DNA from: Trichinella spiralis
Taxonomy: Eukaryota
Assembly: GCF_000181795.1 (NCBI RefSeq)
Contig: NW_003526944.1
Coordinates: 1-64,000 of the forward strand
Direction of reading: 5' to 3'
DNA: 64,000 nt
Positions within the stretch are counted from its first letter, which is position 1. Every line of letters starts with the position of its first letter. The notes under the pieces are model-generated. The model was not told the DNA's origin. It made no database searches and was given only the letters and a program-made list of their open reading frames with translations. Of the stretch, positions 43,134 to 57,172 are shown piece after piece. A program made the translations under genes and the position numbers.

Positions 43134-46100
43134 TTAAAGACTCATATTACTTCCCAGTTCAGGCGAACGGCTTGCAGCAGCAGCTATTTCTAAGTACAAT
43201 ATATCGCTGAGTTTTCGCCGATGTGATGTTTCCAACTTCTGAGAAAAATTTAAACTTGCTGAACGTTTCAGATTTGTTGTACGCCTAACATCATCTTCTC
43301 CATTTTCAGACATTAGCCTAAGATCTTTAGCGTAATAACAAACAGCAATATCGAAGAACAGTCCAATCAATCTTAAAATGCCATTGAAACCAAAATATCT
43401 GAAAAATTTCATTCTCATAAATTGATATTGCTGTTTACAAAATTGAAGTCAAACCTATTTCTTAGCTTATCAGAGTCGTATATGCTGCAAGAGCCTTGTT
43501 GACCACACTTTTTATTCCAAAGCAAACATGTGTCATCAATAATATATCCATAAATGATTGGCGAGGGAAATGTACCTAATTATTTCGGAAAAAATAATTT
43601 TATCCAATTTATGAATGTAGTCGAATAACATACAAAACAAACTGATCAGAAAGGCACTTAACCCAAGACCAACAGAACGAAGTTTCACAGGAATTGATCT
43701 GAAATCACAAGAAAAGAAACATTTCATAAATGAACTTTACATTGATCATAAAATGTGTCTAACCGAAGCACCATAAGCACACCAGGAATTACTGAAGTTC
43801 CGGATATGACGCCACCAATGGTAAATAAAATAAAATATACAGCAAGAGGCTGATTGCAATTTTCTGAACACCATGCTCGGCTAGCGCTATTTCCAGTATC
43901 CAAGCATAAGCAATTGGTGAAATTCTGAAACATTTGTCAAAAAGAAGCATATTAAATTTATCTCATTTACTTACCAGTGTAGAGCCAGTGTTAATAATTT
44001 CTCGACATCCTGCATAACAAGGTGACAAAAATGGCTGCCCACTTGCACTGCAAACAGGAAATAAACTTTGTCGATCACAAGCACAGTATTCATTGCAACT
44101 GTTTGAATAATTGAAACTGTTTAATCTGAAATCAAGAAAAAATTACAGATACAAAACAATTTAACATTACTTACTTTCCAAGTTTGCCAATCTCGCTAAG
44201 TACTGAATTACAACCTAAAGCAATTTTTGAGACTGACAGTATGAAAGAAATTATCGAGCAGCATGCAATGTAGATGGCTGCTTTACGTCCTTCCAGCCTC
44301 AACTTTCTCATAATTATGCTTCCCGTAACAGTACCCAAAGCAAAACCAACTATGCCAAGACTACCTGAAATAAAATATTTCATTAAAAAGAGCAAATACC
44401 GGGGTGCATAAATGCATATCATAAAAAAACTACACACACAAAGTTATATGTGTGTAGGTGCGCGCATCGATCATTCACTCACCAATAAGCAAGTTCGCTT
44501 TATATTGAGGAATGTCAAATTGACTTTCAATATATTTAGGTTGAAAAACAAAAAAGCCTTTGAACGCCAATGTATCAAACATTCGACCAATTAATGTTAT
44601 GGTATAAATTGGTGTTCTCAGAATGATCATCAGTGACTGTATAAATGCTGAAAATAAAGAAAATATTTTTTGTGTGATTTTTTAAATTTTGAAAAAATAC
44701 ATTGCTTTAACTGTACCATTTGTAACTGACTTAAATTCAGTAATTACATGTGCACCATTTAAATGGAATAGCATCGATTTAAATTTCAATGTAATTCTAC
44801 ATTTAAATAAGTACCCAAATAGTATTTCCCATTTTTGGAAAAAGGACATCAATTTATCAACGTGCAAAAAAACTTCCAGTTGTTAATTATACTCACAGTA
44901 CTGGTAATAAATATTGAAGCAGTATATTGATTACGTATCGTTACATTCACTTTCAGTATATATAATAAATGTTCATTTTAAAGCCGATTCATGTGCGACA
45001 ATATGTTATCCATTTCAAAAGCAATAAAGTAGAGTTTGTTAGTGGTTTGGAATTCTTTTTGAAAAAACTTGCTTATTTCTAACTGAAATGAACTCTTGAA
45101 AACCTAAAAATGTAATTATTCACCATATTATGTACTAACAATTGAATTATTTCATGAAAAGTTAAATATATAAATTTACAACTATCTTCAGTTAATTATT
45201 CAGTTCTCCTTTTCTTCAAAAAAAACATACATACATACATACCTTTCATTTCAGATTTGGCTAAAGAAGACTTTGTAGATTGAACCATCGGTTCGGTTTG
45301 AGATGGCAATTCAGATTCGGTTTTTTTAGCTATTTCTTGTGGAGGAAAGCAAACAAGCAAAGCAGAAGGCAATAAGAGCAATGAAAAAATCACTAAAAAT
45401 CCAAGCCACCAAGCTCCAATCCAACCAATGTCTGTCGGATCCAAGCCAGGCATGGATGACAAATCGTAATGAAAGCGATTGCAAACAGAGCCGAGCATGA
45501 AACCAAGTACTGGTCCCAGGATACGAATGAAAAACACTCCAGCTAAAAAAAGATTCAATGCATTGTAAAAGGTGTGTTTGTTCATTCAATTTTCAGCATA
45601 CCAAAATACAATGGAGTGTTGCGCTTTTTTACGTAATCGTCTATTAACGGCATTCCCAAAGTCCATGGCATGCTGTGCCCAACACCGATGAAAATGATTC
45701 CAATTAAAATAATCGCAAATGCAGCTTGATTTGTCGTGCCATTTTCACATTTCACAGTTTCAATAAATGTCCTCAGTTTGTTTACAAGTCGATCACAGAA
45801 TGCATACGATGCTTTTGCATGGTCGTATAGTGATTTCATTTGATTTGAAGGAATTTTCGTTTCATTCAATCGATTAACTAAAGCATTTGCAAATGCATCA
45901 TAATCGCCAGCCAGAAAAGGTATGAGTTCAAGTTGAATTAATTTAGGAAGTTCTTTGAAGAAAGTGTCATTCGATGTTCCACAGTTGAGCGTTTCAGAAG
46001 AGAGAATTTCATCTTCCACTGACCAAATCCAGCCAGCAGGATGTAAGCGGCGAGTTTTATCAAGCCATTCAAGTATTGCACATCCTAAAGTTGGATGTTT

Positions 46101-46496
46101 TATTAATTTAATCGGCTCGTCAATTTCAGATATGGTGATTAAATCTGCAGAAGCGGCAAACTTTTCCAAAGTCACATTGTTTGCTTGATGATCGTCTGGA
46201 GGAAAAATAAAACTCGGCAAAGAAATGAGCAAACAAGCAAACGCTATTAACATACAGCCTGCACCAATCCACCGTGCACGATTTCCTCGGCTACCAAAAT
46301 AGGCCAACACTACAACCGTTAGAACGTAACCGATGTCGCTTGACGACATCAAAGTTCCGGATAATCTGCTTGGAATTTGAAACTGCCTCTCTATACTTTG
46401 CACTGCACTAATCAAATATGTAAATGTGATCGTCTCCAAAAAATAACAAACGCAAAAAACAGTCAGAAATTTCCACAAAGCATTCAACTTCACCAT
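43134..46496 (-). CDS. Organic anion transporting polypeptide (OATP/SLCO), paralog A
   Basis: Motifs SIERQFQIPS..SG, YFGSRGNRARWIG.G, LIDDYVKKRNTPLY, ILGPVLGFMLG, the family signature DIGWIGAWWLGFL, Kazal-like loop CACDRQSLFPVC..PFLSPCYAGC, and CLLWNKKCGQQGSC..YD. About 9 exons. Confidence 0.92.
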
Positions 46497-49446
46497 CTTC
46501 GACAGTGCAAATTTCAAAAAGAAGAAAAAAGCTGCTTAACAATATAATTCAAAAATAAATAAAATCTCCACAAAATGCCACTTTTTCTCTTTTGCACGCA
46601 CGAGCAAGCAATTTTGCTCCGCTTCTGTCATTTCTTATTTAAGCATACTTACACAATGTTACAAAACATCCGCAATAACAGCTATCCTATGATAAGACAT
46701 TGAGCTTATCATAAAAGTACAAGCACTTTGACAAACAAACCAACAAATATTCTGCACGACCGAAAGGTTGGCAAACAATACCAGCTAACTGACCCAAAGA
46801 AAACATTGTACTCACTTGTACAATCATATATTTTGTTGATAAGCTTCAAAAAAATATCACACAAAAATTACGCAAACTAACTTTTTCCCAAGCTTTGTTG
46901 TACTTGTTGAATAATAGCATTACACGATTGAACACAACACAAATTTGCATAATCCAATTTTCATATTAACTAATGCAAATAATGTTTTTATCAAACAATC
47001 GCCTTAGAATAAACTACGTTTGAAATGATAATTACTTCTATTGTTTCAAATTCAATTTGTTATACTATATAACCAGTAGAATGTGAATAATATAACCATC
47101 ACATGAGCATTGCTAGTTTCATAAAAGCATTATTGCTGGTTCAAATATATATTGTTTGCAAAATTTTATTAATAAAATTATTGTTGTATTAAATGGCAAA
47201 AGTTTACATGAAATGCAAACATCAAACTTCATTTCATCTCTTAAACACACCTTCAAAGCAGCAGTTTACTTAGGCATAAATTGAAATGAACTGAACTGAA
47301 CTGAAGGGAACTATACAAAACTAAACGAAATAACATATTATCCATAGATAAATAATTGCATTAAAAACAAATAAATTTATAATAAACAAAACCATTACTT
47401 TAAACGTGCAATTTTAAATACCGTGAATGCGCAATTCCATTCAGAGATATTTTAGAATAAATTTTTTTTCAATTCTGCATACATGATTATCAACCTACAA
47501 ACTCTGTGACAAGTTTTCATGTAAAAATATTTTGAATATTGAATTAAATAAATGCTGAAAAAAATTCTGAACAAAATTTGTAAAATTATTTTTGGTAAAA
47601 AATGCTTCGAAAATAAACAAATCAAAATTCCTATTTCTCTTAAATATATCATTATTTTTGTCAAAAACTCACCATCTGACTATTAAATTGTGAAATAATA
47701 AGTATAAAATAAAAACTCATACTCGCAATAACACTTTTTATTATTTTGAGAATAGCTTGGGCTGTATTGAAAAGTTTATAATTTTTTGAAAAGTTAAAAT
47801 ACTTTTACAAAGTTTTCCAATCAAAAATTATGCTCTTATAAGCATTTCATTTTCTCTATTTGAATATTAATGAATTCGTCAAAATCGATAGTATTCAGCT
47901 TAATACATACGGACAAATGCGTTTTCATTTTCATTTTTCAACAATTTAAGAATTATATATCAAATACTTGTAATCACATTTAAAAAAGCAATAATTAAAC
48001 ATTTTCAAATTATTATAATAAAAGTTCTACATTTGAACTGATAAATGACTTTGTTTGCTTTCTTTTCATGTACAGTTCAATTCATTCGCATTTCACCAAT
48101 ATCTATGCATGCATCAACGTTAAATATACTTTATGTCACTTTTTTAAGAACAATGTACACTTTCTTATTTGATAAGATAAGTTGAAAAATTACAAATGAT
48201 AAGCAACAATTCATAGCAGCTCTGAAAGAAAAATTGATAATAATAAAAAGTTCATTTTGTCTATGAAATTCAACAATCATTGATGATTTGCGCAATACAC
48301 AGTAATAATATAGTTCACGAAAAGATTAAATAATTCGAAAAATACATAGTTTAAATTAAATGTTGGATTTATTTTTAAACTCATGTAGTCAATGCAAATT
48401 TGTATTAAATTAAAATTAAACAGTAAAAAAATAAAAGAAAATCTTTGTATTATTGTAATAATTAAGAACTGAAATCAATCAATATAACAACAATTAACAT
48501 TCTTAATGCGCATTTCATTTAATTATAAATAAATTATTATCATAAAATTAATCGATTCAAATTTATGCTCTGCATTGCAAAAATTCAAAATGCACACTTA
48601 AAATATTCTACCTATTAATAATCGATATTCATTTTTAAAAAGTCCATTTTGAATTTTCGATTTGATTTCGATATTTTTATTTGAAATAAAACAATATGCA
48701 TAAAAATTTGAATCAATCAAATTTAATAAGATGACATTTTTTCTAATTTCAAATTTACTTTTCCGAAACGATGATTCAGCCATCTGTTATGAAAAAAGTT
48801 CAAAACTTGATTTCACAATGCACTTCTACTAGTAATAGATTTTTCTTAAACAATCAAACACAAACGTGACATCTGTTTATCAGTGTGGCGTTAGCAGCAA
48901 TTTACCTTACGCACTCTTACGCAAAATGTATTCCGTCTGAGTGGCCAAAATTTATTGCACTCAATCGGTGAAATGTGGAACATCGAACAGCATCAAATTA
49001 TTAAATTTAAATTATGTTTTATTTAAAAAAAATCTGATTTTAACATTTTACTAAAATCAAAATTAACTCTCAACTTTTTTTCAAAAATACATCCCAAAAT
49101 ATAATAATTTGCATGAACGCAGTCATAAGAGTTATTATTTCATCAAATGATCATTGTCAGTACATACTGTAATGAGAAAAAACGTATAAAGTCATAGCAA
49201 AAATATAAATAATCGCTGAAGTCGCAACAAGTTTGAATAATACATTTCATTTAAAATGTAAATTCAATTTAAATTCTATATTCATTATCAATTTGAAATG
49301 CTAAATCACTCATCTTAAATTCCAAGTTTACGCTTTTTAAAATGCTATAAATAGTACTTTTAATGGGCACGAAAAATATGCCAGCAATTTTTACTTTATT
49401 TTTCTGATTTCTGCTGTTTTTTGTTGATTACCTCCAGCCATCCACC

Positions 49447-49449
<3 letters not shown>

Positions 49450-49493
<44 letters not shown>

Positions 49494-49494
49494 A
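49450..49494. repeat. Compound (TA)n(TG)n microsatellite
   Basis: Read directly from the sequence. Confidence 0.9.
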
Positions 49495-50166
49495 CCTATT
49501 TATTTCTCAACAACTTAAAATAATCAACATAAGCTTTCCAGTTTAATGAAGCGCAATCTTTCATTGTTTTCTATATTGTTACACATGCAAGAAAAGTATT
49601 GAAAAAAACGGATTATTGATCAATCGCTTAGAACTCTTCTGGTTTGAGTAAAAATAGCTAAGGCAATATATAAATTTAGGAAAACCAGAAAATTGAGTAA
49701 TCTTCAACTAAATTAATAAAAAATACATTTATTACTAACATTTACAGAAACAAAATAAAATTATTGACCATGGAATTTTTTTAACTTCTTAGACATTTTA
49801 AATTTATATAAAATTAAATGTTCAAACAGAAATATGCGTTAATATTTCTAATGAAATGATTATTATTTCATTATTGAAAATAAATGCCATTAGGATATTT
49901 AAATGAATAGATAAATATGCAGACACACACACACACGTATGTATATAGCAAAAATAATATTGTAATATGCTTAACAGAAGCATATACAGAATGCATAGTT
50001 TGATTTGAAAATGAAAATTACATTGCAGAAGCAACAATCATCCGGTTAAGCCGTGGCCAGTAATATCAAGAAGATGTTTGCGCACTGCCCCGTCACTACC
50101 CTGTTTACGTGTTTGCCAACAATCCTTGCTAATGAAAAATTCCTGACCAACTTGACATTGCACAAA

Positions 50167-50173
50167 TTTTCAG
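50167..50173 (+). promoter_or_regulatory. Probable trans-splice (outron) or 3' splice acceptor upstream of the OATP-B start codon
   Basis: Nematode consensus TTTTCAG lies 58 nt upstream of the ATG at 50232, and I found no obvious upstream donor nearby. Confidence 0.4.
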
Positions 50174-50231
50174 CATCTGCAGTCGTGACAACGAAAACCT
50201 TTACAAACTACCAACAGAAAAGATCTTTACA

Positions 50232-53200
50232 ATGAGGTAAGAAAAATAAAAACTTCAACCAAAAAAAATAGATGACGTTAACCAAAACTTCACTGATTAT
50301 TTTAAAATTATACAATTTTTCAAACAATATTGTTTTTATCTATTATCTTAGCTTTCAAGACTGCATTTATCGTCACGCAAACATTTCATCTTTTCTCTGC
50401 TTGTTTTGCATTTGTTTCGCTTTGGAAACTGCTTCGTTCACATTATTTGTCAGCGCATTACAAAGTATTGAACGACACTTCCAAATTCCAAGCAAATTAT
50501 CAGGCACTATTGTATCAGCTGGCGATATAGGCTACATACTAACTGTTGTACTATTAGCTTATGTAGGAAGCAAAGGAAATCGTGCAAGGTGGATTGGTTC
50601 TGGTTGCATTCTTATCTCTTTAGCATGCATTATTATTGCATTGCCATATTTCATGTTTCCATACAAACCATCATTATACAATGAAACTATTATTAAAGAA
50701 GAATTGAAAAAAAATTATTTCATCAAAGAAGAAGATATCGACACGCCTAGTAAGCTTTTGAAGCACAAACACTTGGGACCTCGTTTGCCAAACTGGGTTA
50801 AAAATTTCACCATGATGATGCAATACACAGATGCTTTTCAGTGGTCACAATTGGACAGTTTATTCGACTTTTTCCCGGAAAAAGAGCAACAAGAACAAAA
50901 TAAAAAACACCATTCCTTAAAACGTTCGTTAATAGAAGCTATAAATGGGGATGAAATGAATTTTGAAATGTCAGAACATCTTATTGATGATTATGGTACA
51001 CATCATCATGCAATAGATGAAACTTATTTCATAAGTGACATTGAAGACGTAATAATTGATCCAATGGACAGCGTCACTGAGACAATTTACAGAAACAAAC
51101 GACGAACAATAAAAGTATCAAATAAGTTGCAATCACTTTTTTCGGATGTATTATTACGCAAAGGAAATTTCTCTGATCTAGCCTCCATCATTTCCAAAGA
51201 AATGAACGCGGCTATAGATGAACGATTGTCATCCAATAAGATGAAAAGGTTAATGTCTTCTGCACAACTACCATTCGCTTTTTGCAATGAAATAGTAACA
51301 TCTGTTAAAGCCATCCTGGAAAAAAACAAATGCAAAACACTGAATACAGATATTTTTGCCGTTGGCATTATTGGCTTCGGAATAGTATTAATAGGGATTG
51401 GTCATAGCATGCCGTGGACACTTGGCATCCCGCTGATTGATGACAATGCAAATAAAAATAACACGCCATTATATTTTGGTAAATTATGCATTTTGTTCTT
51501 TTTCACTTATGGTACAATCATTTTGCTTCATATTTTATTGATATACCAAATATAGTGATAATCATTCAAAAAATTTTAATTTTCTACATACAATTTTAAA
51601 TTTCAATTTTCTTTTCCCTACTTCAAAATTCAATTTATTAAACACAGCCATACAATAATAACTGATGATACTTATAACTGAATAATTAATGGATAACAAT
51701 TACTAATAAATAATAACAACTGATTTTCAAAACCTTTCCACTTTACTGACAATTTTACAATTTACGAATACAAACATTCTCTGTCATGTATTTAATAAGA
51801 AAATTAAATTTTAAATTCAAAAATTTTCAAATCTGATATACAACTGTGTTAATAATAATAATTTATTTGCAGCAGTTGTATTTTTCACTCGAGTAATGGG
51901 ACCTGCTCTTGGCTTCATACTTGGAGCTGGATGCAATAAAATTTACTTAACTCTGAAAGGTAATATCGTTTTCATTTTTTTCACCTTTATCAATTTGTTC
52001 TTTCGTTAATTTTTAAAAAAATATTTCAGAAGCACCAGGCATAACAGTTATGGACAAAAATTGGATTGGAGCATGGTGGTTGGGCTTCTTACTCATCGCT
52101 TTCCTTCTCTTTCCACCCAGTATAGGATTGTTGCTTTTTCCGAGAACTGAAATGAAGAAGACGAACATTGCTGAATTACATAACAATGAATTAGAAGTGA
52201 AATCAACATCCGCTGCCCAGCCATTAATTATGATCGATCACGCGGATGCACATCCAACAATGTCATCTAAACGTAAATCATCCGCATTATCTAAGATCGA
52301 ACCATCCAATGCTTGGGCAGAGACCAAAAGTTAGTGGGCAATTTTCTTTCCAATACTGTAAACATAAATATGTATATTTAGAATTTTTTTTTACAATACT
52401 GATCATTCTGCGATGTCCTGTTTTCACTGGTTCTAACTTTGGCCGGCTTATTGAAGCATTCGCTATGAAAGGCATGGTAGTTTTTCAACCAAAGTATCTT
52501 GAAAACCATTTCGGTCTGCCACAGTTCGTAGGCAATTTATATTTAGGTAATATTGAACAGTAGAAACCTAGCCAATGAAATTCCAAATCAACTCAACAAA
52601 AACGAATAACTCATTAATAAATGTTTCGTGCTATTCTTTTTTTCAGGAATTACTGGCGTTTTGTTGTATGCAATTGGGGTCGTTTTAGGGAGTATTATTT
52701 TAAAAAGGTTCAAGCTAAATGGCCGAAAAGCAGCTGCTTATATTGCAATCTGTTCACTGGTCAGCGGAATATTAACACTAACCCATACTTTAATTTCATG
52801 CCATTCTGTTATAAATTCTCTGGGTAAACAGGGTCTGTAAGTACAGTGTTTATTTTCATTCGTTTTTTAATATTCAAAAATCTCTCAAATTTCTATTACA
52901 AGCAGTAAATTATAAAAGCATTTTTCTGAATTGGACCTGAACTACTTTTCATCGTCTCACATGCAATACATATTAAGGATGAATGGATTCAACTACACTA
53001 CGCAGTGTAACATTGACTGTCAGTGTGACAATTCAGAAATGTTCCCTGTTTGTGATCGCAGTGGTTCATTCATTTATTATTCCCCTTGTCATGCAGGATG
53101 CCGAAATATTACACTTAAATCACGACAAAACTTTCAATTCGTAACCATATTCAATTATCATATTTGATGCATTGATCGACAAACCATTAATTTACAGGAA

Positions 53201-53784
53201 TTTCACAACTGCGACTGTATTTCCAATGGAACAAGTGCTAGTCGAGATTGGTGCAAAGATGACTGCTATTGGCCAATGATTGCATTTTTTGTTGTATCGT
53301 CAATTGCGTCCGTTGTTTCAGGAAGTGTCGTTGTACCATCTGTACTTCTAGTTTTGCGATCCGTCCCTTCACAACACAGATCTGTTGCCTTAGGCTTCAG
53401 CGCCTGCATAATCAGTCTCATCAGTAATAGTAACGTTCTAACTAGATAATTTAAAATGTTTTCACTTATAAATAATACAGGTACAATGCCAGCACCGACA
53501 GTTTATGGACATATATTTGACGCCAGTTGTTTAATATGGAACAAAAGTTGTGAGGATAAAGGCAACTGTACAGCATATAATCCTGATCGGTTGCGTTTCT
53601 GGTATTAATAGCACAATCTTTTGAATTTTTCATTATTTTCCAGTTTTATATTTTCACTGAATCTTTCAGGTTTTTTGGTTTAAGTGGTGCACTGAAAACT
53701 GCCACTCTGTTTTCTGATTTATGGGTATGGTATTGGGCCAAGGACCTACAGTTGACTAAAGATACAAATCCTGAACAAGTTTGA
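50232..53784 (+). CDS. Organic anion transporting polypeptide (OATP/SLCO), paralog B
   Basis: ATG AG|GTAAGA (50232-50236) splices to C TTT CAA, giving MSFQDCIYRH. Motifs SIERHFQIPS, GSKGNRARWIG, LIDDNANKNNTPLY, DKNWIGAWWLGFL, Kazal-like CQCDNSEMFPVC..YYSPCHAGC, CLIWNKSC..KGNC. Stop at 53782-53784. Confidence 0.92.
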
Positions 53785-54893
53785 CTGTGTTTGCAATACA
53801 AAGCGAAATTTATAATCTAGCAAAGGACTTACTATCATGAAATTCAATCTAGTCCATTTACAAGACTTTATTTTGTTCAATTTGTATTATTTTCTCACAC
53901 ACCAGTGCAAAAACGGTGTCTTCATAATTCCCAGTGTTTTAATGAACAGAAATAATTAAGACAAAACATTTTTTCCTAATTTTTGAAAATGTTCTTGTAA
54001 TAGCTTGAATTGTTCATTTTTTTCATTTCATCCAACTATTCATTTCAAACTTAACTGAAACAACAATAAAATAAACAACACTTTTTTACTATGCTTAATC
54101 AGAAAATTTTTTCCTTTGCTTAAATTACAATTTTCCCTGGTCAAATCTTTAGACACACAACAGTGCAGTGCGACAAATCATTCATACTCAGAAAAGCAAA
54201 TACAAGAAGACATTATAAGAATTTGACTAATTGAGAAAAATAAATAAAGCTTAGCACTTAAAAACTATAAGCTGATTGTAAATATTTTACATATAGTTAA
54301 TAAAAATTGATATCTTAATTTAAGCTATAATTATAGCAAAAGTATTTAAAAACTGAAAAATTTAAAAGTCGCTTCATTAAACCGGCTACGTGTATTGGAA
54401 AAAAACTGTTATGTCAAGAAATTAAATAAATAAATGTACATGTACATGTTGTGTAAATATGTATGTGTGTGATGTAATTTCCATAGCTCACTCACTAAAA
54501 GATTACCTTACTGGGAAATACTGTTTTTGCAACAGCAATGATATAGCAGCTGAAAATGGGTACCAGAAGAAAACATGCGCCCTAAAATTGTAAGAACTAA
54601 ATAAAATATTTGCAAAATGTGCCGCTGTTTTATTGTCTGCGTCCTCGCATGTCAAAGAATTTTGTTCTAATGAGTTTAAATGCGATGCAACAAATTTGGG
54701 ATAACTAGTTTCAATGTAACCCTGCTGCAAAATCGAGCACACCGGTTAGCATAGGTGGCCCATTTCAACCACATTACATCTTCCGCTTAAGTCAGTCTAC
54801 TTTCCTTAACTCCTTCCTAGCCGACAGATGAACAAGAAAATTTGAATGGCACGTGCTTTGTGAACAGTTCTGAATTGTGCACCAAATTGACAT

Positions 54894-57172
54894 ATGAAAC
54901 AGTTCATGACAAGCTTGCAAATACTGGTCACCTTGCTTCTACTCTACAGGCCACTACAATGTATCGAAGAGTCGAATTCCCTTGGAGGTAACAGAAGACT
55001 TGCTATAGAGCTGCTTTCGCACAAACCTTGCAGAAAAGGTAAAATTACGTCCATTACACGCTATTCTACAATAATAACTTTAAAATGTTTTCCTTTAACA
55101 ACTTCTTATGAAACACTTTTTTACATATTTTTTATGAAACTGTAATATAACTTGTGTTAAAACGAATGAATAACATTTAAATTTCTATTTAAAATGATAG
55201 TTGAAAAGATTTCAAGTTACTCTAAAATGCAAAGTTTCACTAACTGAATTGAATTGATAAGTTGCAAATACTTTACTTGACCATTTCGTAAACAGTGTTT
55301 CTTTAACATTGACATATAATATCAGAAAAATTAATGACATTCATCTAGCGTTCAGTATTTATTTTGTTTCACTTTATTCATTTTTCATTCCACTTTTCCT
55401 TGCTCATATACTTTTCCAACACTCTCTGACCTACTCTTTTACGTTTCGTGTGTTTGCGTGTGTGTATGCACATTTATATGATTAAATTTCAACTGAATTT
55501 TCTCTTAATGTTTTTGCTTAATAAATACAGTAAGTAACATAAGTCCACAGTGAGGGCATAATAATTGCGTATTATTGAATTATGATATGCTATGGTCATA
55601 CTGTTAAACGTTACCATCCTGTTGAATGCCATTGCACTGCTTTAAAAATATAAATAAGCAATTTACATTTCAAAATTATATTACAGAGGACAGATAACTG
55701 ACAAGCGCATAATTTTTATAGAAATAAAAGGCACGGGTTAGACTGCTATCAATTTTAAAACCCAATAATTATGCACAGAAAAACTGTATTGATAGGTGAT
55801 AATTTTTATGCGCGGTCGACATTGCTTCCGCTAAAAGCTGACGGGCATATGTACCCCCTCAGCAATGTAAAACAGCTCTCGGCAAGACTAGTTGCAAAAC
55901 TAGACATAAAAATGAGCATAAGGAAAATTACCGGAGTTCCATGCTAAAGCACACTTTACAGTTCTCCAAAACAAGCGTGAAACGTGTAAAAGCATGAAAA
56001 CCCAGTTTTACAAGTTAAATATAGAACAATAACACATCATGAAATTGATTTCATAATAATATGCATATATGCATCTGCTCAAAGTACGTATATAACAAAC
56101 CCTAAAAAGTCATGCACTGAATTTGCAATACATACATGCAATGCATGCAGTGTTTAAAATAGAATTTTAAAAATTAAACTAATAAATAACAATTATTATT
56201 ATTATTAATTTATTTATTAATAAAATAACATAATGAATAAACAAACCATAACAGACAGAGATTGCAATTCTGACAAAAAACTATTCTTTGCTATTTCTAA
56301 ACTAAAAAAGTAAAAGTAATAATAATTTCCTCTTTGAAGCTACCATAATGTACAAAATTTCCATTACTTCATAGTTCATAAAAATATCAATCATTCAAAG
56401 CTACTTTTATATTAATAATGGCATATTTCAGGAAGATGGGACGAACGAATTCGTTTCCCGTCTTCACGTATAGCTGAACTTGTACCTGACCCAAAAAAAG
56501 AATTCGGTTGCTATAAGATTCGAGGTGAAGTTGAAGTGTTCAAGGAAATACAAGGTGAAATTCAAATCTACGTACGCAGCCAACTTGGCACCAGAGGTGC
56601 ACCTGAAAAGTGCAGCAATTTTGATCCACGCACAAAATGCGGAGGAACTGGATCGTGGTATATAACATATAATAATAATTATTATTATAACTTTTTCCTT
56701 TCATTTTTTAAATTAATAATAAATAATTTCCTTTCTTTAAAAATAGCATTTATTGTGGACTCTGCAACAAATCACCAGGTATGAACGAACTATTCTCACT
56801 TCAAGTTGATGGAGAACGATTCGACTGCGACAGAGGAATTGACAAAGGCACTTACAATTCAATCGAGTGGCACTTCTGTACACCTACTTTGGATGAATTT
56901 CTAGAAAACGCTGATATCGACCCTGACTTTTGGAGCAAACATGGAAACAAGGTATTTTTCTGATTTGGTTTTTTTTAAGAATTTGTCTCGCACTGCTGCA
57001 TAATGAAAATAACAGTGATCAATTTCAGGGACAGATCATATTCCAAACTATTCAAATTTACAACGTCACTTTAAACACTTTACCGCCGGCTAAACTGCAG
57101 AAAGTGCTCAACAGTGGGGATGGTATGATTGCTTGTCATAAGTTAGTTGTGAATTATTTGCAAGATGGATAG
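54894..57172 (+). CDS. Secreted Cys-containing protein, GM2-activator/ML (MD-2-related lipid recognition)-like
   Basis: Four phase-consistent exons (54894-55038, 56431-56657, ~56747-56951, 57029-57172) give signal peptide MKQFMTSLQILVTLLLLYRPLQC, then ..KPC..GCYKIRGEVEV..EKCSNFDPRTKCGGTGSCIYCGLC..FDCDRGIDKGTY..FCTP..MIACHKLVVNY. The GSC.Y..C, C.....G.Y and terminal (G/A)C motifs resemble GM2 activator proteins. Confidence 0.75.
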
